Below are positions 1 through 11,469 of a stretch of 64,000 bases of DNA, piece by piece (position 1 is the stretch's first letter; each line of letters begins with the position of its first letter). Made by a program: the position numbers and the translations under genes. The stretch lies in NCBI GenBank assembly GCA_013239625.1, contig MU053911.1:610132-674131 (forward strand), written 5' to 3'. Below the pieces are notes generated by a model. It worked only from the letters and a program-made list of their open reading frames with translations, did no database searches and was not told the origin of the DNA. Source of the stretch: Lama guanicoe (lineage: Eukaryota).

Positions 1-199
1 ACGTGGGTGAGCAGAACACTGGGAAAGCTAAGTGCTAGCTGGTCTGCCCACCAGAGAGCTGTCAACTTTGCACGTTTTTTTTTTTTTTTGACCTCGTTTT
101 CATGGTAGAAGTAAAGGCTTAGACTAGGTAATGCCAAAACACCCTCTCAGCACTTCAATGTGAAAAATTATATAAACCAGCCATTATTCTCAGCATTTT

Positions 200-280
200 A
201 CATATTTCACTTGTGAACGCAGGCCTCAGAACCATCCCATGAAGCAGGATTTACATTACTATTTTGCAGATGAACAGAAG
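200..280 (-). mobile_element. MIR fragment
   Basis: 'cagaaccatcccatgaagcagg...attttgcagatgaacaga' resembles the MIR core in antisense. Confidence 0.5.
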
Positions 281-943
281 TGGTTCCATAAAACTGTTGG
301 TTCAAAAGTCAAGCTGCCAAACATGTGACTGCTTTATTTGTATTTTGGACTTCCACCTTCCAACTCTGCTACTGCCCACCCCCACCGTGGCTTACCCCAC
401 ATTCCCCTCTTCCACGCAGCCGTCGGAGTTGCCCCTTGGATGGCTAAAGCTCGGATTGGTGAGCACTTGCACAAAGGCACTGAAATTCAGGAGAGAAATG
501 AAGACTAGGTAGAGACGTGGCTTTTGTCAGTTTCCAAGAGGATTTCGATCCTTGGCTGGGAACAAACTCTACCATAAGGATCATTTCCATTAGAAAATCT
601 ACATTACTTTAAAATCGTTCACTGTAGACGGCACAGCGTACACAGAAGGGAATTTTGCTGAAAACGCATCTCTTACAAAGGCAGCCAGCGGCGTTGGAGA
701 CCCCAACTGAAGTCACACTTCCCAGGCCCCACAAACATGTGCAGGGAATTCAGTGGATCAGGTTTCTAAACTCCTGGATAAGAGGCCGGGATGGAACGTG
801 AGGTAAACTTACTCTTTTTGTAATTATGCCAACTTTACGAACATTGTACATTTCACTGTACCAGCAAAAATGCTTTTAATTTTATAACATTCTTGTTCCT
901 TTTCCTAAAATGTGGTGAGTAATTTTAAAAAACATACAAATTT

Positions 944-1076
944 GGGGTAGCACATGCCTAGCATGCACGAGGTACTGGATTCAACCCCCGAAACCTCCAC
1001 TGAAATAAACCCAATTAACCTCCTCCGTAACCAAGTTTTTAAAATAGAGTAAGATTTTAAAATAAAAATAAAAGAC
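944..1076 (+). mobile_element. tRNA-Ala-derived camelid-type SINE (Vic-1-like), 5' internally deleted
   Basis: 'gcctagcatgcacgaggtactggattcaacccc' B-box region, 'aaacccaattaacctcc' tail, A-rich end; approximate TSD aaaaaacatacaaattt / aaaaaacatgaattt. Confidence 0.85.
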
Positions 1077-1589
1077 AAAAAACATGAATTTAAGGTAATT
1101 CAGTGAGCATCTCGGCTCTTTAAAACACAGCTGATGCGGCGACAGCTTTTCCAGTGCGAGCATCGTCTTTGGTTCAAAGAGAAGAATCAGCTGGCTTTAT
1201 CTTCCCATTTGAGAACACAAGCCGACTCCAACTTACTGTTGCGCTGGCCCAAAATTCATGGTTAAATATTGACTTTAATAAAACTCCAACACTATTGGAG
1301 TATTTTTGATATTGCATAAATCTCAGAACCATCACAATTTCAATGGGGAAAGAGACCTTTGAAACAACTGTCCTTTGCATACAAAGACACTGAAACCCAG
1401 AAAGAGTAACACTTTCTGGAAAAAAAGTTACCCAGTCACACATACTTCTCAGGAAGATCATCAATTATTAGTGCTAAATGTGAAATAGACAACGGCAAAC
1501 ATTTCAGTGTCATTACTGGTTGATCATCTCCCCGACGAGACTGTATTTAGAGCCCAACTTCACTCCCAGAGGTTTTTGGTTGTCCTTAC

Positions 1590-1730
1590 CTTGCTCAGAA
1601 AGAGCCCCCCGAATTTCTGGGTGACTGGCTCTCGGGACGGCGCCGTTCCCAACGCGGCTCTACCTCCCGTCTCCAGACGCGCGCGCTGCGGCTGCCGCAG
1701 AACCCGTGCCCGTCGGACGCAGCCGGAAGG
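1590..1730 (-). other. Candidate non-coding first exon of a minus-strand transcript running out of the left edge of the window
   Basis: CpG-rich segment, ETS motif CCGGAAG at 1723-1729, strong donor AAG|GTAAGG at 1590/1589 on the minus strand; the 5' boundary is a guess. Confidence 0.45.
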
Positions 1731-2080
1731 CACCCTCGTTTCATCTGGGATTTGTAAGGTCCTTACGACAGAGACGAGTTTCGGGCAGTAAACAAAGCCT
1801 GAATTACTAAGCCGAAGTGCGTGGCCTCACCCGCCAGTGACAAAGCACGGAGAACGCGAACAGCGAGGGCGCAGCCAGCGCGAGCCAGGCCACAGCACCC
1901 AGACGGCAGAGGGGCTGCCAAGCCCGGGGGGCGCTCGGCCAGGAGCGGACTCCCTGCGCACAGGCTCCGAAAACAAAAGCCGGTTAGTAACAGTCTCGGC
2001 ATATCCACTCTTGTCACAGTTGGGTGTAAATGGCTCGGTGTTTAGAGGTCAGTTACAACAGCAACCCGCATCCGAGCGAG
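1630..2080. promoter_or_regulatory. CpG island / promoter segment 1
   Basis: High GC with dense CpG (cgcgcgc runs) and an ETS site. Confidence 0.75.
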
Positions 2081-2578
2081 AAACCTGGCAACAGTCAGAC
2101 AGTTGAAAAACTCAGCCTCATTTCTTCACCAGACTGACAAAAGTTAACGTTGCAAGCTCTGCACCCCGGTTGTACGCTTACACAGGCCTTTTATAGGCTG
2201 CCAGTTTTATACTTTGCAACGTCATATGCAAATAAGGTACAACAGAAGTTGACCAACCAGAAACAAGTCTTGCAGAAATAGACCAATCAGGAATGAGCTC
2301 CATGCAAATGAAGTACTACAAATGGACCAATCAGAAGTTAGGGAAGTGAACCAATCAGAAGTGAGAGTAATAACCAATCAGGAGTGAAGGAAATAACCAA
2401 TCAGAAGTGAGCTCAGGGAACCAATAGAATTCTAGGTGTAAGTTATCTGCTTTAGAGGCAAAAAGTGAGAGTTTCTGGGCCAGGGAACTGAACGGTGCTA
2501 CGACGAGAGCAGCGGCCCTGCCTAGGGGTCTTGGCGGTCTTTTTATGGAGTTTCCCGCCTCACTTCTAGAGAGTGACA
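2012..2578 (-). mobile_element. Solo ERV LTR-like element with CCAAT array
   Basis: Termini TGTCAC...GTGACA (6-bp inverted), 567 bp; on the minus strand 6x ATTGG, 2 octamers, TATAAAA at 2205-2211 and 2189-2195; TSD poor (ctct/ttca). Confidence 0.65.
2251..2428 (+). repeat. Tandem ~23-24 bp ACCAATCAG(A/G)AGTGA array
   Basis: CCAAT starts at 2283, 2327, 2351, 2374, 2397 and 2421, plus a degenerate CCAAC at 2253. Confidence 0.9.
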
Positions 2579-2597
2579 TTCAAGTTGCAAAAAGCAT

Positions 2598-2692
2598 TAT
2601 TTATTATTATTATTATTATTGTTGTTGTTGTTGTTTTATTATTGTTGTTTTGTTATTATTGTTGTTATTGTTATTTTATTATTGTTTTGTTG

Positions 2693-2741
<49 letters not shown>

Positions 2742-2742
2742 T
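2598..2742. repeat. Compound (ATT)n/(GTT)n microsatellite
   Basis: Directly visible; explains the poly-L/Y/I/N ORFs. Confidence 0.97.
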
Positions 2743-2749
2743 ACTCCTT

Positions 2750-3010
2750 AGGCACGACGAAGAGCTGCGGGACGGAGACGGGAGGCGACAGGCCGTGTGT
2801 GACTGCGGCCAGTCCACGGGGGAGGACGCGCAGGGAGAAGGCGCTTGTGCTTTTCTGCCCACGGAGGAAGCGCGCGCCACCCCCGCCCGCCTTGCGGAGG
2901 CCAATTAGCGCCGCAGCCCGGAGCCGCCAGCCCAGCCGCGCCCGCAGGCTCTCGCCCGCTGCCCTCAGCAGGACTCGGTGTCGCTCTGAAACCACGAGCC
3001 GCTGCTTTGA
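2750..3010. promoter_or_regulatory. CpG island segment 2
   Basis: Dense CpG, GC box 'ccccgccc', CCAAT near 2901. Confidence 0.7.
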
Positions 3011-3829
3011 TGGCTCAGGAGACCTTGGCCTTTTAAACGGATAAACAACCTTTCTTTTCTAACCTGGGCCATTAGAGGGAAACGCTGTGAGAGCCTGTGT
3101 TCTGAAACAGCCAGGCTGGCTCGGAGTCAGGACAGTTTCAGTCTCGCTGCCCTGCAGCAAAGGAACAGCGTTAGACTAAAAATAACGTGGGTGAGAACGT
3201 GCCTCGGGCACCTGCCGAGGCCCAAAAGGTTGCAGATTAATTTGATACCAAGCAAAGGTGGGTTTTCCCTGTGCTTTGGCTCCTTTATGGGCACTGTAAC
3301 CGTGGGGAAAATGCGTCTGTCGAAGGAGCTCTCCTCACAGAAAGGACAGAAACTGCTCGGGACACACACACTCAGTCAGGAACCAAGTGGTTTTTGTTTT
3401 CTAGGCTGTAATAAGCGTTTTTCTGTTGGTTCTATGCTGGTCCTTAGTAAGACTTCTCTCCTGTCTGCAAAGTATTTATTTGCTATCAAGCCTGTAATTA
3501 AAATAAATGAGTAAGTGTGGACTGGGTCCCGATGCTTTGGAAGGTGCTAATAAAATTAGAGACTTCTAACAGGAGTCCTGCTCTGAAGCCTCTAACAGAC
3601 GAATTTCTTACAGTGGGCGATGCAAGTTTCACTCATTTGATTGCTCTGGGGCCATGGGTTGAACTGAGAGATGATCTTTCCAACTTTTAAATAAGTCTTT
3701 CAGCGTTCTGAAAACCCCTGAAACTCAAGATGTTAAAACCAGCTTTTCAAAACGACATCTCTCCCACGAGTTCCACTTTCTAGCGTTTGTATCTGCCAGG
3801 GCCTCTGCTTTGTGTATGTTGAAAAATTA

Positions 3830-4130
3830 GGCGAAGAAAACGCTGCCCTGCGTCCTTCTCGAAACAACGAAGCACAGACCCAGACCCGACTTCGAGGCTC
3901 CAGGGAGCGGGGTGGGGCGGGGGAGATGGAGCCTGCGAAGAACACCCGTTCCTTTGGGCTGAAGATGCACCTTCAGTCCCCAGTCCAGACGAACGCTTCC
4001 CGCCCGGGACCGAGGCAGAGAGGAGCGCGGCCCCGGGGACGACGCGAGGAGCACCCTCGGCCTCGGTGCGAGGATGGCGGGGCCACGACGGCGATTTGCG
4101 GCTTCCCTGCTGCCAGTCGCTTGGGGCGTT
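3830..4130. promoter_or_regulatory. CpG island segment 3 with G-quadruplex motif
   Basis: Dense CpG; GGGAGCGGGGTGGGGCGGGGG at 3903-3923. Confidence 0.65.
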
Positions 4131-4899
4131 TACTTCAACCGCTGGTTCCCTGCTTGGGAGCTGTTTCTTTCTCGCCAAGAGAAACGTCAGACGTACCCAC
4201 GATTCCAGAGGGGCCAATGTGTATGACTTGGGCTGTGACACTGAGTGTGCGCTTTCAGATGGTTAGAAATTTAAAGAACGTGTTCAGACCATGACGACTC
4301 CTCAGTGTGCGGTGCAGAGAAGCATTCACTGAGACGCAGGCTCGCGCTGCCTGAGTGACGGGGGCTGGATCTAGACCTTTGCTTTGCTTAAATCATGCTT
4401 GAAAACCCTTCATAAATAGGAACGACACAGTGAGTTTATGTCTTAACTGTCTGTGTATATGTGGAGTTTATTCAGCGCTGGCAAATCGTAGGTGCTTATA
4501 GAGTTAAGTAATTAAACGTTCCTGACGATCAGCCCTTGTGAGATGTTTCAGCATGTCGACTGAGACTTGTGTTTTCCTGTGCGAGAAAAGGACTGTATGT
4601 CTAATGTCTCATTTTTTTCTGTGTCGTTGTTTATTCTTATAACAAGCCCTGTAAGCAGGAAGGAAAAGTTTTGCTGTCCTATACTGTGTCAGAGTTAGTC
4701 ACATACAGTCATACACACAGCACTTGTGTTTGATTTAATACTGAGAAGATGTTTAACATTGGTGTCTTTTATTATTTCCATTTTCCTCTTAGATTTGATA
4801 CAAGAAATCACAGGGCAGATAATATACAATCTTCACACCTTCCTCCAGTTACCTGAGAGTTTACTGTGTAACACACACGCACTCTATAACTGGTTACAA

Positions 4900-6442
4900 T
4901 AGTAATCCTCAAACTTTGTCATCTCAGTTCTTCCTACAACCCTTAAAGGATTCTTGAGGATCATAATAAGCTTGTGTTTATGTGTGTTATATGAAGCAAT
5001 ATTAATACTAGAAATTTAAATGGATACTTTTTAAAAAGTATATTAATGCACTTAAAAGATAATACACTATAGGAACAACATCTTTTATGAAAAATAACTA
5101 TTTTTCAAACAAAAAGAATTAGGGAAAAGAATGACATTGTTTTATATTTTTGTGGTGTCTGGCTTAACAGAAGACACCACATTTTTCCGATCTAGTTCTG
5201 CATTCCATCTGTTGTAATACATTGTTTCGTTTAAAGCATATGAAAAATCCAGTTTCATATATGTGTGTGTGTAATTTTGAAAGAGAGGCACATTTAATCA
5301 CCTACTAAAAATCTTTATGGACATTTTTCTTAGATGTTGCATTAAAACTTGACAAATGGTAGTTTCTTAGATGTTAATTGCAAAGTAGATCTGAAACCCT
5401 TTCAGTCAGCTTCCACCCTTGCTTAAGTTAAAATCCAATGTTCTGTCTCACACTCTGAAGGAATCTTTAAACTCACACACAACTTTGTAACATCATGCAC
5501 TGGTGATTTGGAAAATATTTGATGGCCAAGTTATATAGATCTTCCAAATGTTGACATAGTTCACTATTTAATACTTAGAAATGACAGTTGTTAAATTTAC
5601 CACTGATCTCATCAGAATAGTCTTTGAATGTTGGGAAGCTATCAAGTTCACAGTGGCAGACATGAATTTTTCAAAATTCTAATTTTCTCTTGGAAGCTCT
5701 GATTTCGTCATTGGCCACAAGTCCTGTCAGCTGTTTTCCTGAGGTAACAGCCTCTCTTCCTTTTCCTGCCCCCAAGATGTCAGCCAGATGTCCACAGTAA
5801 ATGTGAGGTGATGGATGTCTTCACTGACTTGGGGGTCCTTTCACAATATATACATATGTCAGATCATCACATTTTACACTTTAAATGTCTTGCCATCGTG
5901 TTTGTCAATTATACTTCAAAAAGCTGAAAAAATTCTACCTCAAAAAAAAAATAACTATAGTTTGCCAGTCATTCCTTCAAGCAAGATGCTTCATGAAAGA
6001 AAAAAAGGCTAGTTCAGCTCACAGCTCAGCCACTCAAGTGCTTTTCCTGAGAAAAAGCTGCATTCTGTGTTCGGCAGTGCTTGTGCTTTACGAGGACTTT
6101 CCGTTTGGTCATGTGGAACATTATGAAGGCGGGTCCTCGAGGGCTGAGACTTCCTGCACAGCTACCACTGCGTCGCCTCAGGCGTGCTCAGGCCCACGGG
6201 CTCTTCACGGCCCTGTGAGTTTGCTTGGCGACACCTGCAGCGGAACCAGCACCGCTGGGAGCTGCTGCGCTGGCTGTGAGGGTGCCAGCAGGCTCCCACC
6301 TCCCTGCCCCCCATCGCCTTTGCATCGTCGTTGCAAACGTCAACTCAGTGAGGAAGACACAGATTTTGTACTATTATGAGGGTAGTTTTGACCTCACAAA
6401 ACCACTGAAAGAATTTCGCAGGTCACACTTTAAGAACCACTG
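4900..6442 (+). mobile_element. hAT-Charlie DNA transposon (Charlie1a-like), both ends present
   Basis: Ends tagtaatcctcaaa / tttaagaaccactg match Charlie TIRs; 8-bp TSD ggttacaa / gtctacaa (6/8); homologous to 38563-40103. Confidence 0.85.
5795..5935 (+). mobile_element. Old L1M 3'-end fragment nested in the Charlie element
   Basis: 'gtgaggtgatggatg...tacactttaaatg...tgtcaattatacttcaaaaagctgaaaaaa'. Confidence 0.7.
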
Positions 6443-6479
6443 GTCTACAAAAACAGAAAGGTCTTTGTGAAGGAGACTA

Positions 6480-6620
6480 GTGTGGTGGAAGGGATTTGGA
6501 ATCATAAAGACCTGCGTCTGCATCCCTGCAGCTTTTCTGACTAGTTAGGTTATTTGGGGGATGTTTCTTAAATGTTCTGGGACTTAGTTATTTCATCTGT
6601 GAATGAAGACAAAAATGTAT
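6480..6620 (+). mobile_element. MIR fragment
   Basis: 'gtgtggtggaaggg...agacctg...cttagttatttcatctgtgaatg'. Confidence 0.6.
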
Positions 6621-6859
6621 CTGATAGAAGTGTTTGCAAACTATTTTCCATGGACCAAAACCCTTCTACAGCTTTTAAAAATGCAGGCTCAGAGGCACTG
6701 TGTTAATATGGATTTATTGTGAGCTCTCGTGATTGTCAGTACAATGTAGTTTACAAACGTAAGTGCATACTTCCACACTAGACAATTGCAAAAGAAAGGG
6801 AGGGAGGCAGGGGGAGGAAAGGAAGGAGGAGGAAAGGAATAAGTTAGACATTCTAACCT

Positions 6860-6950
6860 CCAGAGTTATGCTGTCCAGTATGGTACATGGCAGCCACTGC
6901 TCACTCGTGGCTGCTGAACAGGGGAGATGTGGCTGTTCCAAAGTGAGATG
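6860..6950. mobile_element. MER3/MER33-like hAT fragment
   Basis: 'gctgtccagtatggta...gcagccact...gtggctgctgaaca...atgtggct'. Confidence 0.55.
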
Positions 6951-6951
6951 T

Positions 6952-8495
6952 CCTTTACCAGAAAACCGTACATTGCCTTACAGCTCTGTGCTGCTGTCCA
7001 CCGCACTGCATTTCAACTCAAAGGAGTCTCTTTAGTACCTTCTGTAGGACAGGTCTAGTGGTAAAGAACTCTCAGGTTTGGTTTATCTGGGAAAGTCTTA
7101 ACTTGTTTTTTATTTTTAAGGACAGTTTTGCCAGATACAGTTTTCCTAGTTGACAGTATTTTTTTTCTTTCAGCATTTTGAATATATCATTCCATTCCCT
7201 TCTGGCCCGCAAGGTTTCTGCTGAGAAATCCCCCAAGAGTCTTGCAGGGGCCCCTTGGATGTGACGAGCCGTTTTTCTCTTGCTCCTTTCAGGGCTCTCT
7301 CTTCATCCTCGACCTTACGCAGCTTGATTGGTCAGTCTCGGTGTGCTCTTCTTTGGACTTCTCCCTGTTTGTTTCTTTGAGCTTATTGAATCTCTGTGTT
7401 CATTTCATTCCGCAGATTTGGGAAGTTTAGGGTCATTATTTCTTTAAATAAGCTCTCTTCCCCTTCTCTCTCATCTCCTGGAATTCCCGTAACATGTGTG
7501 GGGTCCACTTGGTAGTGGCCCATAAGTCTCGTAAGTCTGTTTCCTTTTCTTATTTTTTTCTTTTTGCTTCCTCTCTTGATGATTTCAAATGAGTTGTCTT
7601 CAAGTTCACTAATTTTTTCTTCTGCCCATCAAGTCTGTTACTGAACCCCTCTAATGAGTTTTCCATTCATTTATTTTATTTTTCAGTGCAGAATTTCTGT
7701 CTGATTCTTCCGTAGAGTTTTTGTCTCTTTGTCGATCCTCACATTTATTCAGTCATTGTTTCCTGATTTTGTTTATTGTCTGTGTTCTCTTTTAGCTCAC
7801 TGAACATCTTTATGAACATCCTTATTTTAAATTCTTTGCCAGGTCCTTCAAGTATCTGTCTTTTTTAGAGTCAGTTCGTGGAGTTTTATTTTGTTCCTTT
7901 GATTAGACCAGGCTAACCTATTTCTTTCTATGCCTTGTAATCTTTCATCAAGATTTGGGAATTAAACATTTTTTTGTGCAGGGAAAGAAATTTTCACCCA
8001 TCAGCCCAGGAGGTTCTAGGACCTCTCAAACCTTTTCTCACATCTTTTCCCCCTGTATCTGCTTGAGAAAGAGCAATCTAAAGTGCTGAATGCTTACCTC
8101 TGCTTTCAGCAGCTCCCAAACTCTGGCACTGGGTCCATCAGCGCTCTGAGTCAGGTGAGACAGAAACCAGACCCTCAGGCAGCCCCCAGAAAAGCAGAAT
8201 GTTTGCTGCATGGTTCACTCTTCTGTTTGCATCCCAAGGAAGCAGTCCCTTGTAAGAGGTTGCCTCTAAGTTGCTCTGCATTAGGCTGAATGGGGGAGGG
8301 GCACAGGCATGTGCAACAGTGATGCATGGTTTCCCGCCCCCTTTGCTGGAACCCCTCTTGGTGTTATAATGGCCTGCATGCGGTAGCCTCTCAGCCTGTC
8401 TCCAGAGCTGTCACAGAGGTATCCTGGTTCATATATTGTCATTAACGGAGAGCTTGGAGCTTCCTGTTCTGCCATCTTATTGATGTCATCTCCTC
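6952..8495 (-). mobile_element. Old L1 5' portion (5' UTR plus decayed ORF1)
   Basis: Minus strand opens 'gatgacatcaataagatggcagaacaggaagc' (YY1-type AAGATGGC); ORF1-like antisense text such as 'aaggtttctgctgagaaatc' and 'ttttgccagatacagttttcctagttgacag'. Confidence 0.75.
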
Positions 8496-8660
8496 TACCA
8501 CTCATTTTTGTAAATACATTTTTATTGTAATATAACCATATTCATTCATTTTTGCATTACATCTGGCTGTTTTTTTGTATTACAGTCACAGAGTTGGGAG
8601 TTGTGAGAAAGACTGTCTGTCCGTCCAAGCCTAAATGCAGCTCTTCATGGAGGAAGCTTG
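8496..8660. mobile_element. MER58A-like hAT fragment (right part)
   Basis: 'tttttgtaaatacatttttattg...cagagttgggagttgtgagaaagactg...aagcctaaa'. Confidence 0.7.
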
Positions 8661-8679
8661 CAATACTTGCAGAATAATG

Positions 8680-9205
8680 TAGATTCCCATCCCTTCCAAA
8701 GTCAAAGCCAAAGTCTTTACCACTCATTACAAGTCCTCTGAAACCTGGTTTATGTTATGTTTCTGGCCATCTTCCTTATTGTCCTCCATTTGGCTCTGAT
8801 CACACCTGACCACACAGGTAATCTTGTTCCTCGAACTCCAGGCACACCTCTACCTCAGGGCCTTGGCACATGCTGTCCCGCTGCCTGAGATGCCCTACCA
8901 ACATATATCCATGTGGCTAGCTCCCATGCCCTCAGATCTTTCCTCAAAATTTATCTTCTCAGTGAATAGCCATGAAATCTAAACTTTTAACTCCCACTCT
9001 TAACATTTCATGCCTTCCCTCTGCTTTATTTTCCCCTTAATATTATTTATTCATTATTTCCCACCCCCTTTAAAAATCTTCTTCTCCTTATAGAATGTAA
9101 TAAAGATATGCATATGTTTTATTTACTACAATATCCTTAGCACCTAAAAGAGTGTTTGGTATACAGCAGGTGCTACAGAAAAGATTGATTTAATAGATAA
9201 ATGAA
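8680..9205 (+). mobile_element. L2 3' end
   Basis: 'ccaggcacacctctacctcagggccttggcacatgctg...cagcaggtgct...aaatgaat'. Confidence 0.75.
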
Positions 9206-9512
9206 TTTGAGAATACTCGTGATATTAAAGGGGCTGACAAAATTAGGTTACTTATTACTATATTCCTGAATTCAATATGTCATAACTATAAAGAAGTTCT
9301 AATGTACACTGGAGTAGTTAAGAGCCCAGGAAAAACACAAACTCAGTCTGAAGCTCTAGTAGGTTTTGAACTAAAAATATGTATTTCTCCTACTCACAAT
9401 TTCATACAAGTTCCAAATCATGTCATCACCACCCTACACAAATAGGGGAAATTCATTTGGGTTTCTTTTTTCATTCCCCCCAAAAAGGAAGAGTTTAACT
9501 TACAAGAGTAAA

Positions 9513-10250
9513 CCCGCCTACACTGCTAGTGGGAATGTAGTTTGGTGAAGCCACTACAGAAAATGGTATGGAGATTCCTCAGAAAACTGAAAATAGACTT
9601 ACCCTATGACCCAGTAATCCCACTCCTGGGCATGTATCCAGAAGGAATTCTAATTCGAAAAGATACATGCACCCCAATGTTCATAGCAGCACTATTTTCA
9701 ATAGCCAAGACGTGGAAACAAACTAAATGCCCATCAACAGATGACTGGATAAAGAAGCTGTAGTATATTTATATAATGGAATACTACTCAGCCATAAAAA
9801 AGAATAAAATCATGCCATTTGCAGCAACACTGCAGCAACAGAATGGACCTGGATATCGTCATTCTAAGTGAAGTAAGCCAGAAAGAGAAAGAAAAATACC
9901 GTACGATACCACTCATATGCAGAATCTAAAAAAAGAAAAAAGAAGACACTAATGAGCTCATCTACAAAATAGAAACAGACTTGCAGACATAGCAAACAAT
10001 TTTTTGGTCACTGAGGGAAAAGAGGGTGGGAAGGGATAAATTTGGAAGTTTGAGATTTGTAAGTCCTAACCACTATATATAAAAATAGATTAAAAACAAA
10101 TTTCTTCTGTATAGCATGGGGAACTATATTCAATATCTTGTTATAACCTTTGATGAAAAAGAATATGAAAAGGAAAATATGTATATAAATGCATGACTGG
10201 GACATTGTGCTGTACACCAGAAATTGACACAATGTAACTGACTGTCCTTC

Positions 10251-10281
<31 letters not shown>
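9513..10281 (+). mobile_element. Young 5'-truncated L1 (ORF2 C-terminus, 3' UTR, polyA)
   Basis: ORF 9542-9763 WRFLRKLKIDLPYDPVIPLLG..KDTCTPMFIAALF is the L1 ORF2 C-terminus; long A tail; TSD acaagagtaaa (9502-9512) / acaagaataaa (10282-10292). Confidence 0.95.
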
Positions 10282-10282
<1 letters not shown>

Positions 10283-11370
10283 CAAGAATAAAATAGACAA
10301 CTAAGAAATGTTGTGATGTAATTATATTATATATTTTGGATATTACATTTATTTCGTATTCTGCACTTCTTAATGCCATCTTTGGCACCCGGAATGGTCA
10401 GATTTGTTAGGATTTCTGAGGGAGTTTCAACAAAGCCATGTGCATTCAATCCTTTTTTCTCCAAATATCACAGAGTTCACAGCTGAACTCAGCTACACAC
10501 CCTGCAATCCATTCACCTCAGACCTCACGGGCCCACTGTGTTGTGTGTGGCTTCCCTAACACCCCGGCCGCTAAACTTCAATAGGTTTTCCCTTTCTTTT
10601 TTAATGATATGTCATGGGTTTAATTTCTCTTTAATTTTTTATGCATATTGGGTTCTGTAGGCGCACACTCACTTCTAAGACATCTCCATCCTCTCCTTTT
10701 AGGAAGACAATGTATTTTTATAAAGGAGAAGAAGCATTCAAAATTGCACTTGGAGTCCGGAGCGCAGCCAGAGGTGGCAGTGGTCCTGTTTTATTGTGTG
10801 ACAATCGTGCAAACTCCAGCTGTCAGGCTGTCTGATCAGCCTTCAACGGGAGAAAGGGGCTCAGCTAAATCCTGCCACATGCTGATGTACGCCTGCCTCA
10901 GAGCTGTGTTTTCCCTCTTCATGAACTTAATTTACAATTACTCTGGGACTTTCAAGGAGTTTCTTGAAAGAAAGACATGGCCAGAGTTGCTAAGGGTTGT
11001 TATTTTCTGCTGGGGGTGTGGGGGAAACACGATCTGTTTCATATCGAAGCAAAGCGATGAAAACCCAAGTGCTGTCCTCGGGGTGGCTCCCCCACTTAGC
11101 CCACAGAAGGCCTTCTCTCTCTCTGAATTCTTGCAAGAAAGACCTTTTAGAGGCTGACCTTAAGCCATCAACAGAATGCAGTTGGCAAACAGACCTGGAG
11201 GACAAGCTCTGTGGGAATTAACTGTTAAAGAAACCCTCATTAAGTGAAAAACAGAAACACGGAACTCAAGTCACTTGCTCAAGATCATCCAGAATTTGCT
11301 GGGTTTGGCTCCAGATCTGGTCCTAGGAGCCAGATCTTGAGAATTACAATACAAGTCCAGTTCTCTGGAT

Positions 11371-11420
11371 CACACACACACACACACACACACCCTTGTG
11401 CACACACATGCACACACGCA
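11371..11420. repeat. (CA)n microsatellite
   Basis: Directly visible. Confidence 0.9.
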
Positions 11421-11469
11421 CTGCAGAAATCTTTGTCATCAAGCAATGAAAGGGGAACTGAAATAAAAG

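Noticed and set aside
2251..2428. Repeat-spacer pattern reminiscent of a CRISPR array
   Set aside because: Mammalian context, 9-nt core, spacers related to each other, no cas genes; it is a CCAAT tandem array
2545..3044. ORFs with poly-Leu/Tyr/Ile/Asn runs that look like signal or transmembrane segments
   Set aside because: They are translations of the (ATT)/(GTT) microsatellite in several frames
9542..9763. Protein-like ORF (also 42555-42776 and 52494-52736)
   Set aside because: LINE-1 ORF2 remnants in truncated copies, not host genes
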